Below, piece after piece: positions 54,605 to 64,000 of a stretch of DNA of 64,000 bases. How positions within the stretch are numbered: position 1 is the stretch's first letter; each line of letters starts with the position of its first letter. The translations under genes were made by a program, and so were the position numbers. Under the pieces are notes generated by a model. That model ran no database searches and was not told the DNA's origin. It saw only the letters and a program-made list of their open reading frames with translations. The stretch comes from an uncultured Clostridia bacterium (GTDB lineage Bacteria > Bacillota > Limnochordia > Darwinibacteriales > DTU012). The stretch covers positions 2,796-66,795 of the forward strand of contig FIZJ01000007.1 in assembly GCA_900019385.1 (NCBI GenBank), read 5' to 3'.

Positions 54605-56704
54605 ATGATTAATGATCATCTGTCTTATCAAGGGCGCAGCCTGCGCATACTGCCCGGGAAGCTGCTTTTAGGCCCTACGGGCAGAAGGCTGTTCGTGGAT
54701 TACCTGGAGAAAGAGCCGGGGTTTTCCGGGCGCATTGATTTCATCCACACAATCAATCTCACCGGCTTGTTCCGGATCAGGTGCACCGCGGTGAACAGCT
54801 ACGAAGAAGCGGAAACCACCTGGTACCCGAGCATGCTTGTGATGAAGCTGGACAATCCGAAGGTATCCCTGACCGAGACCAAGTTCGTCACCTGGGACGA
54901 CTGTGCCGTATCCTGCCAGCGCTGGGTCAACAAGACCAGCCAACCCATGGAACTCAAGCTCGAGGTGGAGGCGGCGCTGTGTGAAACTGGAGTGGACGCA
55001 GGCACTGGCTGCCTCACTCTGGTGTCTCCTAAAACAGAACACGGTTTTGCAGTCGGCGCCGCCATTAGGAGCGATATCGGCCTGGAAAAAGGGCCTCTCC
55101 GTGTTGAGCCCGGTGAAAGCGTAGAGTTTGTTGTGGCCGCTGCCGTCGGCAACCTGGAGGTCGAGGATCTGGGCAGCATCGCGCGGCGAGCGGTGGATTT
55201 CTTCGCCGACGGCGTGGATTATATCGCCCGGCACAATGAGGAATACGAGAGTTTCTTCCGGGATGTTCCCTACTTTGAGTCCAATGATATGGTGCTGAAC
55301 AAAACCTGGCACTACCGCTGGTTTGTCCTCAGGCACAACCTGGCGCAGCCGGACTATGGTTTCCTGCAGGGGATGGTGATGTACGAAGGGCGCTCCCATA
55401 AAAAATCGAAGCGGCCTTTATCCAGCAGCGGCTGGGGATTTGCCAAACTGATCAACCTGTCCACCCCCCTTCACTTGACGGATATGCGCTGGCACGGCAG
55501 CCGGCAGATCGCTTACGACATGATCCGGAACATGGTCAGCAATGTGGAGGAAAACGGCCTCTTCTGCTGCGCCTATGTGGACAGGCGGCTCCACTCCTTT
55601 GCCAACTACGGGGTGTGGGCGATCTATCAGTTCTATCTGGTTGACGGCAGCAAGGAGTTTGTCAAAGAGCTGCTGCCCCGGTTGAAGGATGTGGTGGCGA
55701 ACGAAACCAGAGTGTATTCCCGGGATGATTACCTCCAGATAGAGGTGAAGCACAACCGGACAGGCAAGGAGTATCAGCCGAGCTACTGGTATTTCCACGG
55801 CTTTCCCGACAACCCGAAGGATCCTGCCGGATACACGCCGCTGAAAAGAGTCGACCGCTCCGTATACCACTTTAAGAACGTCTTGGGCCTGGCACGGCTG
55901 TGCCGGGCGGTGGGGGATCCGGACTATGCCATGTATGAGCAGGAAGCGGAGGAGATCAAACAGGATATCCTCAACAAGATGTGGGATCCGGAAACCGAGT
56001 TTTTCTATGACCTCCACCATGAGACCGACGCCAAAGCCATGGTCAAGAATATTGTCGGAGTCTACCCCCACTGGGCGGCGATCACTGGGAAAGAGCACCT
56101 GGGCGGCTTGAGAAAGCTGTTCGATCCAGCCTATTTCCATACAGCCTGCCCCTTCCCGTCGGTGGCTCGGGACTGCAGGGCTTACCGTCCGGAAGGGGGC
56201 TGGATGGGCCGGTTGATCAAAGGCCGGAACGGCTGTGTCTGGTGCGGGCCGTCCTGGCCGTATACAACCGGAGTGGCCATCGACGCTATCGGCATAGAGA
56301 GCAAGCGCAACGGCCACTGCTTTGACAAAGAATTTGCCTATTACCTCCGGGAGTATTCGCTGCAGCATTTCCGGGATCGGGACCTGGCCAAACCTTACCT
56401 GGTGGAGCATTACCACGGTGAAACGGGAGAACCGATCAGCGACGAGCCGGATTACAACCATTCATTTTATATCGACTTGATCATGTCGCATGTCGCCGGG
56501 ATCACCTTTGCCGAAAACGGCATCAGTTTTGATCCGATCGATGTGGGCCTGGAGTATTTCATCCTGGATCGAGTCCGAATCGGCAGTGACACCTACCGCA
56601 TCACCTTCAAGGCCCAGGGCTGCCTGGACCCCAGGGCGGCGGAGCTTGAGGAAGGGTACAATGTCTATAGGAATGGAGTCAGGATCCATGGAAGGGGAAA
56701 TTAG
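54605..56704 (+). CDS. Putative (alpha/alpha)6-barrel glycoside hydrolase (GH63/GH78/GH116-like), family unassigned
   Basis: 699-aa ORF with an N-terminal beta-sandwich and a helix-rich C-terminal half (…CGPSWPYTTGVAIDAI…). Context only; no diagnostic motif recognised. Confidence 0.35.
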   Translation: MINDHLSYQGRSLRILPGKLLLGPTGRRLFVDYLEKEPGFSGRIDFIHTINLTGLFRIRCTAVNSYEEAETTWYPSMLVMKLDNPKVSLTETKFVTWDDCAVSCQRWVNKTSQPMELKLEVEAALCETGVDAGTGCLTLVSPKTEHGFAVGAAIRSDIGLEKGPLRVEPGESVEFVVAAAVGNLEVEDLGSIARRAVDFFADGVDYIARHNEEYESFFRDVPYFESNDMVLNKTWHYRWFVLRHNLAQPDYGFLQGMVMYEGRSHKKSKRPLSSSGWGFAKLINLSTPLHLTDMRWHGSRQIAYDMIRNMVSNVEENGLFCCAYVDRRLHSFANYGVWAIYQFYLVDGSKEFVKELLPRLKDVVANETRVYSRDDYLQIEVKHNRTGKEYQPSYWYFHGFPDNPKDPAGYTPLKRVDRSVYHFKNVLGLARLCRAVGDPDYAMYEQEAEEIKQDILNKMWDPETEFFYDLHHETDAKAMVKNIVGVYPHWAAITGKEHLGGLRKLFDPAYFHTACPFPSVARDCRAYRPEGGWMGRLIKGRNGCVWCGPSWPYTTGVAIDAIGIESKRNGHCFDKEFAYYLREYSLQHFRDRDLAKPYLVEHYHGETGEPISDEPDYNHSFYIDLIMSHVAGITFAENGISFDPIDVGLEYFILDRVRIGSDTYRITFKAQGCLDPRAAELEEGYNVYRNGVRIHGRGN

Positions 56705-59700
56705 CGTGACCGGTCGCGATTTGTTTGCGGAAATCGGCCTGACAGAGCACCCGGCCCAAAACGAGCAGTTGGTGGAAATTACGCCCATACCGCTTGAAAA
56801 GCATTATCTTCCGGCGGCAGCCCTGAAGGCCGATCCAGTCCGAGAACTGCCCTATGGGGAAAAGCTGCGGCTGTTTAAGGCGGAGCTTGCGGCATTAAGA
56901 GCGAAATACACTCCGTTTTTGCAGAATCATGTGCCCGATCCCCCCTTGCAAAGGCACAGGCTGCCCCTTGAGCGATTTCAGTTCCGGTATCATACTGAAG
57001 ACGACACCAACTTCGCCTTTGTCCTGGAAGGGCGCGGCAGTTGGGAACAGGTAGTGATTCCCGATTACCGCGGCCCGGCTGGGGTGGACGGGAGATGGAC
57101 CGGCTATTACCGCACCGAATTCACTTTCACTAGAACAGAAGGCAGAAGGGTTTACATTGTCTTTAAAGGTGTGGACTATATCGCCAATGTCTACCTGAAC
57201 AACAAATGGATCGGTTCGCATGAGGGTTTCTTCGCCCCCTTCGAATTTGACGTCACCGATACAATCCGGGAGCACAATGTGCTGGTGGTGGAAGTCAAGA
57301 ACGATTATCCCACGTTGGGTGTCCAGGAGATGCCGATTCTGGACGGAGACAAAATCTATGCCGCCACCGGCCCCGGCTGGGATGATCCTGAGGTGGGCTG
57401 GCACCACTGCCCGCCGGGGGCGGGAATCTACAACCAGGTTTACCTGGAGGAGCGCTCAGGGTTGTTTGTCCATGATGTCTTCATCCGCCCCGACATTGAC
57501 AGCGGCACCATCGAGGCCTGGATCGATATTTTCAGCAGCAGCGGCCGGCTGGAGCAGGATTTCGTCATTGATTTGGAAGTATATCCCCGCAATTTCCCCG
57601 AGCCGGTGAAACTCGCCGAGACTATCGCCGTGCCGTATGCCGGCCCGGGCGTGAACTATTACCGCTACCGTTTTCCCTTCAATGACTTCCGGCTTTGGGA
57701 ACCGGAGAGCCCATGGCTGTACACTGCCCGAATCAAGGTCAGCAAAGACGGGCGGCTTTTGGATGTGCGGGACCGGAATTTCGGCATGCGCAAGTTCCAC
57801 ATGGATGAGACCGGTTCGCCAAAAGGGACGCTTTACTTGAACAACCGCCCGGTTATCCTCAGAGGCGCCAACGAAATGGGCCATCTGCAGCAGTGTGTGA
57901 TCCGCGGCGATTTCGATCAGCTGATCGATGACATCCTCATCGCCAAACTGGCGCATCTGAACTATTTCCGCATCACCCAGCGCCCGGTTCAGGAAGAGAT
58001 TTACGATTACTGCGACATGCTGGGCATGATGCACCAGTGTGACCTGCCGTTGTTCGGCACACTCCGGCGCAGTCAGTTTTACGAGGCCATCAGGCAGGTT
58101 GGGGAAATGGAGCGGCTGATCCGCAGCCACCCTTCATCGATCATGGTCACTTTTATCAACGAACCCGTCGCCATCCGCACGCACCCCAACCCCAAGCACA
58201 AGTACAACCGCCGCTACCGGGAAAAGGCTCACCGGCACTTGTTCCGGCAGGAGCTGGAATACTTCTTCCAGGCCGCCCGCAAAGCGGTTGCTTTGGAAAA
58301 CCCGGATAGGGTTGTGAAAAACGTGGAAGGGGACTATGATCCACCGACCTTGGAAGGCCTGCCTGATTTCCACTGCTACTGCATGTGGTACACCAACCAC
58401 GCCGTACCCTTGGGCAAGCTCCACAAAGGGTACCTGCCGGCGGTGAAACGGGGTTGGAAGGTGGCCTGCGGTGAATATGGGACTGAAGGGCTGGACAACT
58501 ATGAAGTGATGGCCAAGCACTATCCCCGGGAGTGGCTGCCGGAAAGCGAGAATCATCCGTGGCACCCGGATCGGATCGTCAAAGCCCAGACATACCTGAT
58601 GCACGGCGACTGGTTTCCGGAGCAGAACCGCATCAAGGATTGGATTGCCGCGAGCCAAAAGCATCAAGCCTTGGCTGCCAAGCTAATGACCGACGCCTTC
58701 CGCAGACGGAGCGATCTGCTGATTGCCACCGCCATTCATCTTTTGATCGATGCTTGGCCGGCAGGTTGGATGAAAGCTTTGGTGGGAGTGGACCGGGTGC
58801 CGAAGCCTGCCTACTTCGCTTACAGGGAAAGCCTGGCGCCGGTAAGGGTCAATCTCAGGACCGATCGGCTGCGGGTGTACAGCGGCGAGACAATTGAGGC
58901 TGAAGTATGGGTCTTGAATGACACACCGGAGGCGGGGCGCGGGAGGATAACCGTCACTGTGCGGGATACCCGCACTGATTACCAGTCGTTTGCCCAAGAG
59001 TGTGATATTGCGCCTGTGACAGCGGCCTACAGCGGCTCGGTCCGGTTCGAGGTTCCTGATCTGCCTGACCGGAGCTGCCTTTACCTGGACGCGGCCCTCT
59101 TTGACGGCACCGGCAAGATAATCAACCAGGAGCGCATGACCTTGACGGTTTTTAACCGGCATGCCAATGGAAAAGGCACCGGTGGAAGGAAAACCGCGTA
59201 TCTGGGGGAGGGTGCCCGACGGCTGCTCCTGAGCCTTAATCAGGACGCGGCGTTTTTTGGTGAAGGTGACGACGCCGATGTGATCGTAGTGTCTGCAGGC
59301 GAGGAACTGGGGGTGAATCAAGAGCGGCTGTCCGAAGCGATCGGCCGCGGCGCCCATGTGCTTGTGGTCCGGGAGAACGACCAGCCGCTGAAGTTTGAGC
59401 TTTTGGGGCAGGTTTTCACATCAAAGGCGATGACTCCGGTGTATTTTGCCGCCGCCGACACAGAGGCGGAAGTGATGCGGCCGTTCGCAGCCGATGACTT
59501 TTCCTATTGGTACAGCGCCGAGAAGGACATGATCGACTTCACCGCCGACAGCCACATCATCGGCGAAGGGCTGGCGCCGTTGGTCTTCACTTACCACAAG
59601 AAACAGGAGCCTGGCTTGGGCGGCAAACCCAGGCTGCCTATCGTAGGGACGCTGCGGACGGGAGCCGGAAGGCTTACCGTATGCAGCCTGCCTCTTGCAG

Positions 59701-59765
59701 GCAGATTAGGGTTCAATCCACCGCTGGATCGGCTGCTGTTGGCTTTGATACATCAGCTTGATTGA
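56661..59765 (+). CDS. GH2-family glycoside hydrolase (beta-galactosidase/beta-mannosidase/glucuronidase-like)
   Basis: GH2 sugar-binding jelly roll (FKGVDYIANVYLNNKWIGSHEGFFAPFEFDVTD…NVLVVEV). NEP acid/base region (FINEPV). Start is ambiguous: ATGs at 56661, 56673 and 56688 all overlap the upstream gene. Confidence 0.62.
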   Translation: MSIGMESGSMEGEISVTGRDLFAEIGLTEHPAQNEQLVEITPIPLEKHYLPAAALKADPVRELPYGEKLRLFKAELAALRAKYTPFLQNHVPDPPLQRHRLPLERFQFRYHTEDDTNFAFVLEGRGSWEQVVIPDYRGPAGVDGRWTGYYRTEFTFTRTEGRRVYIVFKGVDYIANVYLNNKWIGSHEGFFAPFEFDVTDTIREHNVLVVEVKNDYPTLGVQEMPILDGDKIYAATGPGWDDPEVGWHHCPPGAGIYNQVYLEERSGLFVHDVFIRPDIDSGTIEAWIDIFSSSGRLEQDFVIDLEVYPRNFPEPVKLAETIAVPYAGPGVNYYRYRFPFNDFRLWEPESPWLYTARIKVSKDGRLLDVRDRNFGMRKFHMDETGSPKGTLYLNNRPVILRGANEMGHLQQCVIRGDFDQLIDDILIAKLAHLNYFRITQRPVQEEIYDYCDMLGMMHQCDLPLFGTLRRSQFYEAIRQVGEMERLIRSHPSSIMVTFINEPVAIRTHPNPKHKYNRRYREKAHRHLFRQELEYFFQAARKAVALENPDRVVKNVEGDYDPPTLEGLPDFHCYCMWYTNHAVPLGKLHKGYLPAVKRGWKVACGEYGTEGLDNYEVMAKHYPREWLPESENHPWHPDRIVKAQTYLMHGDWFPEQNRIKDWIAASQKHQALAAKLMTDAFRRRSDLLIATAIHLLIDAWPAGWMKALVGVDRVPKPAYFAYRESLAPVRVNLRTDRLRVYSGETIEAEVWVLNDTPEAGRGRITVTVRDTRTDYQSFAQECDIAPVTAAYSGSVRFEVPDLPDRSCLYLDAALFDGTGKIINQERMTLTVFNRHANGKGTGGRKTAYLGEGARRLLLSLNQDAAFFGEGDDADVIVVSAGEELGVNQERLSEAIGRGAHVLVVRENDQPLKFELLGQVFTSKAMTPVYFAAADTEAEVMRPFAADDFSYWYSAEKDMIDFTADSHIIGEGLAPLVFTYHKKQEPGLGGKPRLPIVGTLRTGAGRLTVCSLPLAGRLGFNPPLDRLLLALIHQLD

Positions 59766-59816
59766 TTTAGCTCTGCTGTTTCAGGCCTGTTCGGGCCGTG
59801 GATTTTACTAAACATG

Positions 59817-59845
59817 TTGACGAAATTTTAGTAAATTGGTAAACT
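59817..59845 (+). promoter_or_regulatory. Candidate promoter of the LacI-family regulator gene, with flanking inverted AT-rich motifs
   Basis: TTGACG, 17 nt, TAAACT. TTTTACTAAAC at 59803-59813 and its near-inverse ATTTTAGTAAATT at 59824-59836 bracket the −35. Same architecture as 13266-13294. Confidence 0.4.
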
Positions 59846-59881
59846 ATATACAAAACCAGTGGTTGAACTGAGGTTGATCTA

Positions 59882-60895
59882 ATGAAGAGAAAAGTGAGCG
59901 TGCAAGAAATAGCAAAATTGGCCAATGTATCGCCGGCCACCGTCTCCAACGCCCTGAACAACAAACCGGGTGTCAGCGAAAGCACCAGGAACCGGATCAA
60001 GAGCATCGCCCAAGAACTGGGGTACAAGAAAACCCGGGAGCGGAGCAAGCATTCGGCAATCCGGATCATCATCTACAAGCGGAGTGGGCTGGTAGTGGCC
60101 GATACACCTTTTTTCGCCTATTTGATCGAAGGGCTGCATCAGCAGTGCCGGGCCGCAAAGCTGGAAATGCTGATGACCCACATCACCAAAGACGAGGGAG
60201 ACTATCTCAATCAGATCGCCGAAATCGAGCAGGACGGGGTTATGGGCTACGTGATTCTGGCCACGGAAATGCTGGATGAAGATTTTGCCCTGTTCACCGA
60301 TTTGAAACAGCCGGTGGTTTTCCTGGATTCATGTTTTCCGTATGAAAATCAGGATTTTGTTTTAATCAACAACATTCAAGGCGCATATGTGGCTGTAAAG
60401 CATTTGATCGACGAAGGGCACAAGAAAATCGGTTATCTCCAGAGTTCAGTGTTTATCAACAATTTTGGCGAACGGGAGCAGGGCTTTACCCAGGCGCTGC
60501 GGAACCACAACCTGGAAGTGGACCGGAACCTGTGGTTCCAGCTGGAACCTACCCTGGACGGTTCTTACCGGGATATGAAGGAGATACTGGCCAAAGGCGG
60601 CTACCAGCTGCCCACAGCGTTCTTCGCCGACAATGACATCATCGCTTTCGGGGCCATGAGTGCCCTCAAGGAGTTCGGCATCCGCATCCCTCAGGATGTG
60701 TCCATTGTCGGTTTCGACGACATGCCGTATTGTGAGATCTCGGATCCGAAGCTGACGACCATTCACGTCAACAAGCAGCAGTTGGGTGCCGCCGCGGTGA
60801 AGCGGCTGGTGGAAAAGATCAACAACTGCAGGACCACTCAGAAGATAGCCGTCAATGTTGATTTGGTGAAACGGCACAGTGTGATGAAGCTTTAA
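59882..60895 (+). CDS. LacI-family transcriptional regulator
   Basis: N-terminal helix-turn-helix (VSVQEIAKLANVSPATVSNALNN) plus a periplasmic-binding-fold sugar-binding domain. 337 aa. Confidence 0.85.
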   Translation: MKRKVSVQEIAKLANVSPATVSNALNNKPGVSESTRNRIKSIAQELGYKKTRERSKHSAIRIIIYKRSGLVVADTPFFAYLIEGLHQQCRAAKLEMLMTHITKDEGDYLNQIAEIEQDGVMGYVILATEMLDEDFALFTDLKQPVVFLDSCFPYENQDFVLINNIQGAYVAVKHLIDEGHKKIGYLQSSVFINNFGEREQGFTQALRNHNLEVDRNLWFQLEPTLDGSYRDMKEILAKGGYQLPTAFFADNDIIAFGAMSALKEFGIRIPQDVSIVGFDDMPYCEISDPKLTTIHVNKQQLGAAAVKRLVEKINNCRTTQKIAVNVDLVKRHSVMKL

Positions 60896-60914
60896 CGCAG
60901 AAGACAGGAGTGAT

Positions 60915-62396
60915 GTGCCGGTGGAGCAGTATATACTTACCATTGATCAGAGCACATCCGGAACAAAAGGCCTGTTGGTGAACGGGCAGGGGCAAATCGC
61001 CGCCAAGCATTGGCAGCCCCACCGCCAAATCTACCCCCAGCCGGGGTGGGTGGAGCATGATCCGGAAGAGATATATGCCAGCGTGCTGGCAGTGGCGGAG
61101 CAGCTGATTCGCGACAATTGTGTCGATCCCGCTTCCATCCTGGGCGTGAGCATAACCAACCAGCGGGAGACAGTAGTGCTATGGGACAAATCCACCGGTA
61201 AACCGGTGTACAACGCCGTTGTCTGGCAGTGCACGCGGGGCGGACAGATCTGCGCAGCCCTCAAGGATTCAGGCTGTGAAGGCGAAGTGCGGCGGCGCAC
61301 CGGTTTAGTGATCGACCCGTATTTTTCCGCAAGTAAGATCCAGTGGATCCTGGAGCACTCGGAAGGTGCGGCTGACAGGCTTGATCAGCTGCTGTTCGGC
61401 ACCATCGACTCCTGGCTGATCTGGAAACTGACCAATGGAGCAGTGCATGCCACGGATTATTCCAATGCCTCCCGCACCATGCTGTACAATATCCGGGAAC
61501 TGAAATGGGATCCATATCTGTTTGACTTGTTCAAGATCCCCGTAAACCTGGCGCCGGAAGTCCGTTCTTCCAACGCCAAGTTCGGGTCCACGGATCTCGC
61601 CGGAATTCTGCCGCGGCCGATTCCCATATGCGGGGTAATAGGCGATTCGCAGGCTGCCCTTTTCGGGCAGGGGTGCGTTGAAAGCGGTATGGCGAAAGTC
61701 ACATACGGCACCGGTTCGTCGATTGTCCTGAATATCGGGAAGCAGTGCCAACTGCCGCCGGACGGTATTGTCACATCGCTTGCCTGGGGAATCGACGGTG
61801 TGGTGGACTACATATTCGAGGGCAATGTCCACTGTTCCGGAAAAACGATCGAATGGATAGTCAATACGCTGGGGCTGATTGACGACGCCGAAAGTTCTGA
61901 CACTCTAGCCCGCTCGGTGGAGGACAACGGCGGAGTCTACCTGGTCCCGGCTTTTGTCGGATTAGGGGCGCCTTATTGGAACAGCGACGTCCAGGCAGCG
62001 GTTTTCGGCCTAACCTTCAACACTACCAAAGCCCACATTGTTCGGGCCGGGCTGGAGAGCATCGCCTACCAGATTTATGATGTCCTGGCCTGCATGCAGC
62101 AGGACAGTTCTCTCCAGTATGTCAAGGCCGATGGCGGCGCCAGCCGGAACAGTTTTCTGATGCAGTTCCAGGCGGATATTCTGCAGCTGCCGGTGGCGAC
62201 ACTGCCTTATAGAGAGCTGTCGGCGCTGGGTGCAAGTTACATGGGCGGCTTGGGCCTCGGCGTCTGGACGCTTGCGGAGTTAAGCAGCCTTCAGGCCGAT
62301 CCCCGAATCTACCACCCCCGGATGTCCCTGGAAGAGAGGGACCGGATGCTTGGTGGATGGAAAGAGGCGGTTGGCAGATTAATCGCCAGGAAGTAA
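60915..62396 (+). CDS. FGGY-family carbohydrate kinase (glycerol kinase-like; possibly a ketose kinase such as fuculokinase)
   Basis: N-terminal YILTIDQSTSGTKG and a C-terminal DGGAS…N region typical of FGGY kinases. 493 aa. GTG start. Confidence 0.78.
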   Translation: MPVEQYILTIDQSTSGTKGLLVNGQGQIAAKHWQPHRQIYPQPGWVEHDPEEIYASVLAVAEQLIRDNCVDPASILGVSITNQRETVVLWDKSTGKPVYNAVVWQCTRGGQICAALKDSGCEGEVRRRTGLVIDPYFSASKIQWILEHSEGAADRLDQLLFGTIDSWLIWKLTNGAVHATDYSNASRTMLYNIRELKWDPYLFDLFKIPVNLAPEVRSSNAKFGSTDLAGILPRPIPICGVIGDSQAALFGQGCVESGMAKVTYGTGSSIVLNIGKQCQLPPDGIVTSLAWGIDGVVDYIFEGNVHCSGKTIEWIVNTLGLIDDAESSDTLARSVEDNGGVYLVPAFVGLGAPYWNSDVQAAVFGLTFNTTKAHIVRAGLESIAYQIYDVLACMQQDSSLQYVKADGGASRNSFLMQFQADILQLPVATLPYRELSALGASYMGGLGLGVWTLAELSSLQADPRIYHPRMSLEERDRMLGGWKEAVGRLIARK

Positions 62397-62408
62397 AGGA
62401 GGATCAAG

Positions 62409-64000
62409 TTGGAACACGCATTGACCTTGTGGTATGAGAAGCCGGCGGAGAAGTGGGTGGAAGCGCTGCCCATCGGCAACGGCCGTCTGGGAGCCATGAT
62501 TTTCGGCGAACCTAAGACGGAACATCTGCAGGTGAATGAAGAAACCATCTGGACTGGAAAGCCCCACGATTATGCCCGCAAAGGGGCTTATTTGTATCTG
62601 GACACTATACGAAAACTGATTGCGGAAGGCAGGCAGAAAGAAGCGGAGGAACTGGCCATGGATAAGTTCATGAGCGATCCTCTCCGCCAGAAGGAGTATC
62701 AGCCGTTTTGCGACTTGTATCTGGACTTTGGGGCTGTTGATCCGGCAGAAGTCGAATCATACCGCCGGGCCCTGGACCTGGATCAAGCACTGGCCACAGT
62801 CGACTTCTCCTATCAAGGTGTCCAATACCATCGGGAATACCTGGCAAGCCACCCCCACCAGGCTATCGCTGTGCATTTAAGCGCCGACAAACCGGGCATG
62901 ATCAGTTTTTCAGCGGCCTTGGGCAGTGCCCACGAAGAAGTGGAAGCAACCGCCGATGGGGAAGGGCTGGTGCTGAAGGGAAGGGTACAGCCTGACGGGA
63001 TTCGTTTTCAAGCTCAGGTGGTTGTCAAGGCCGTGGGCGGGACAGTGACGGCTGTATCTGACTCCGGGCAGCCTCGGATTGAGGTCAGAGCTGCCGATTC
63101 AGCCGCTGTCCTGTTGGTCGGGGCCAGCAGTTTTGTCAGCTACCGGGATATCAGCGCCGATCCGGCAGGCCGCTGTGCAGCGTATCTGGAAGGCCTGCAT
63201 GGTGTTGATTACAACCAAATAAAAGCGGCGCACATCGAAGATTACCAGAAGTTGTTCAGGAAAGTGTCGTTCGAACTCGGCGCCACATCCCTTGATCAGC
63301 CAACCGACCGACGCATCGCCAATTTCGACCCGGTTAGGGATCCACATCTTGTCACGCTGTACTTTCAGTTCGGCCGCTATCTGATGATTTCCGGATCCCG
63401 CCCGGGAGGGCTGCCCCTGAATCTGCAGGGAATCTGGAATGATCAGCTAAACCCCCCGTGGGGCAGCAAATATACCTGCAACATCAATCTGGAGATGAAC
63501 TACTGGCCGGCGGAAGCGGCGAATCTTGCTCCCTGTCACCAGCCCTTGTTCGACCTTTTAAAGGTGCTGCACCAGACAGGCGCGTCCGTGGCCAAAGAGC
63601 ATTACAACTGCCGCGGCTGGGTGCTGCACCACAACACAGATATTTGGGGCGGGGCGGCGCCGATCAACCACTCCGACCACGGCATCTGGCCGACGGGAGG
63701 AGCCTGGCTCTGCAGCCATATCTGGCAGCATTACCTTTACCACCAGGACCGGGTTTTCCTAGCCGAATACTATCCTATCATGAGGGACGCGGCTCTGTTT
63801 TTCGTCGATTTCCTGGTGGAAGACGAAAAGACAGGGTGGCTGATCAGCACGCCTTCCAACTCGCCGGAACAGGGCGGGTTGGTTGCCGGGCCAACCATGG
63901 ATCACCAGATTATCAGGGAACTGATGCGCAATTGCATTGAAGCAAGTGTGATCCTGGACTGCGACGCTGATCTCCGCAGCCGGTGGCAGGAGATTGTGGA
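62409..64000 (+). CDS. GH95 alpha-L-fucosidase (1,2-alpha-L-fucosidase/alpha-L-galactosidase family), 5' part. Continues past the window end.
   Basis: TTG start after an AAAGGAGGA ribosome-binding site. LWYEKPAEKWVEALPIGNGRLGAMIFG and NINLEMNYWPAE motifs are diagnostic for GH95. The frame is open to position 64000. Confidence 0.8.
   Translation, partial: MEHALTLWYEKPAEKWVEALPIGNGRLGAMIFGEPKTEHLQVNEETIWTGKPHDYARKGAYLYLDTIRKLIAEGRQKEAEELAMDKFMSDPLRQKEYQPFCDLYLDFGAVDPAEVESYRRALDLDQALATVDFSYQGVQYHREYLASHPHQAIAVHLSADKPGMISFSAALGSAHEEVEATADGEGLVLKGRVQPDGIRFQAQVVVKAVGGTVTAVSDSGQPRIEVRAADSAAVLLVGASSFVSYRDISADPAGRCAAYLEGLHGVDYNQIKAAHIEDYQKLFRKVSFELGATSLDQPTDRRIANFDPVRDPHLVTLYFQFGRYLMISGSRPGGLPLNLQGIWNDQLNPPWGSKYTCNINLEMNYWPAEAANLAPCHQPLFDLLKVLHQTGASVAKEHYNCRGWVLHHNTDIWGGAAPINHSDHGIWPTGGAWLCSHIWQHYLYHQDRVFLAEYYPIMRDAALFFVDFLVEDEKTGWLISTPSNSPEQGGLVAGPTMDHQIIRELMRNCIEASVILDCDADLRSRWQEIV

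Noticed and set aside
59766-59800. Terminator after the GH2 gene (GGCCtgttcgGGCC).
   Set aside because: The stem is only 4 bp, self-complementary GGCC, with a weak T-tract. This is insufficient to call an intrinsic terminator.

Overview
The window is a 64-kb chromosomal segment, about 58-60% GC, from a Gram-positive bacterium, probably Bacillota and Paenibacillus-like. That guess rests on Shine-Dalgarno usage, Lpl-type sugar ABC components and cleavable Sec signal peptides. Almost all of it is one plant-cell-wall glycan utilisation supercluster, transcribed mainly on the + strand.

Genes called in the window:
- Cell-wall-degrading enzymes I can name: PL10 and PL1 pectate lyases, a YicI-like GH31 alpha-xylosidase, a GH29 and a partial GH95 alpha-L-fucosidase, a GH42 and a GH2 beta-galactosidase-like enzyme, a GH130/GH43-like beta-propeller and a BNR/sialidase-like protein.
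- Large glycoside-hydrolase-like proteins I cannot place in a family: five of them, roughly 630 to 1030 aa each.
- Transport and regulation: a CUT1/Lpl-type ABC transporter with duplicated substrate-binding protein genes and two unusual inserted accessory genes (an NHL-TPR-Yip1 membrane protein and a secreted protein of about 950 aa), plus a LacI and a PocR-AraC regulator.
- Sugar catabolism: a ~20-kb operon run (13351-33971) with two tandem split transketolases, a transaldolase, a FucI-like isomerase, a cupin and a racemase-like protein; a DUF1537 kinase + PdxA2 + DapA-family aldolase trio; an enolase-superfamily dehydratase with an SDR; an FGGY kinase; a Gfo/Idh/MocA oxidoreductase; nagB; and a ThrE-family exporter.

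The most unusual content is a corrinoid (B12-binding) protein co-transcribed with the PocR-AraC regulator, together with three uroporphyrinogen-decarboxylase (MtaA-like) family paralogs scattered through the glycan locus. I read this as a candidate cobalamin-dependent methyl-transfer or O-demethylation system acting on methylated sugars. That is a hypothesis, not something the sequence proves.

Other points worth a second look:
- A low-GC (~40%) orphan Dam-type (D12, DPPY) adenine methyltransferase gene sits between the glycan genes with no partner restriction enzyme. It looks horizontally acquired.
- An AT-rich palindromic motif (TTTA-N-TAAA type) recurs in at least four promoter regions, including the LacI regulator's own promoter.
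- Two promoters share a TTGACA-17-TAAAAT core.
- Several rho-independent terminators are visible.

I found no rRNA, tRNA, CRISPR array, transposase or integrase. Family assignments come from my reading of the translated ORFs and remembered motifs; no searches were run. Coordinates of some starts, promoters and motifs were counted by hand and may be off by a base or two.
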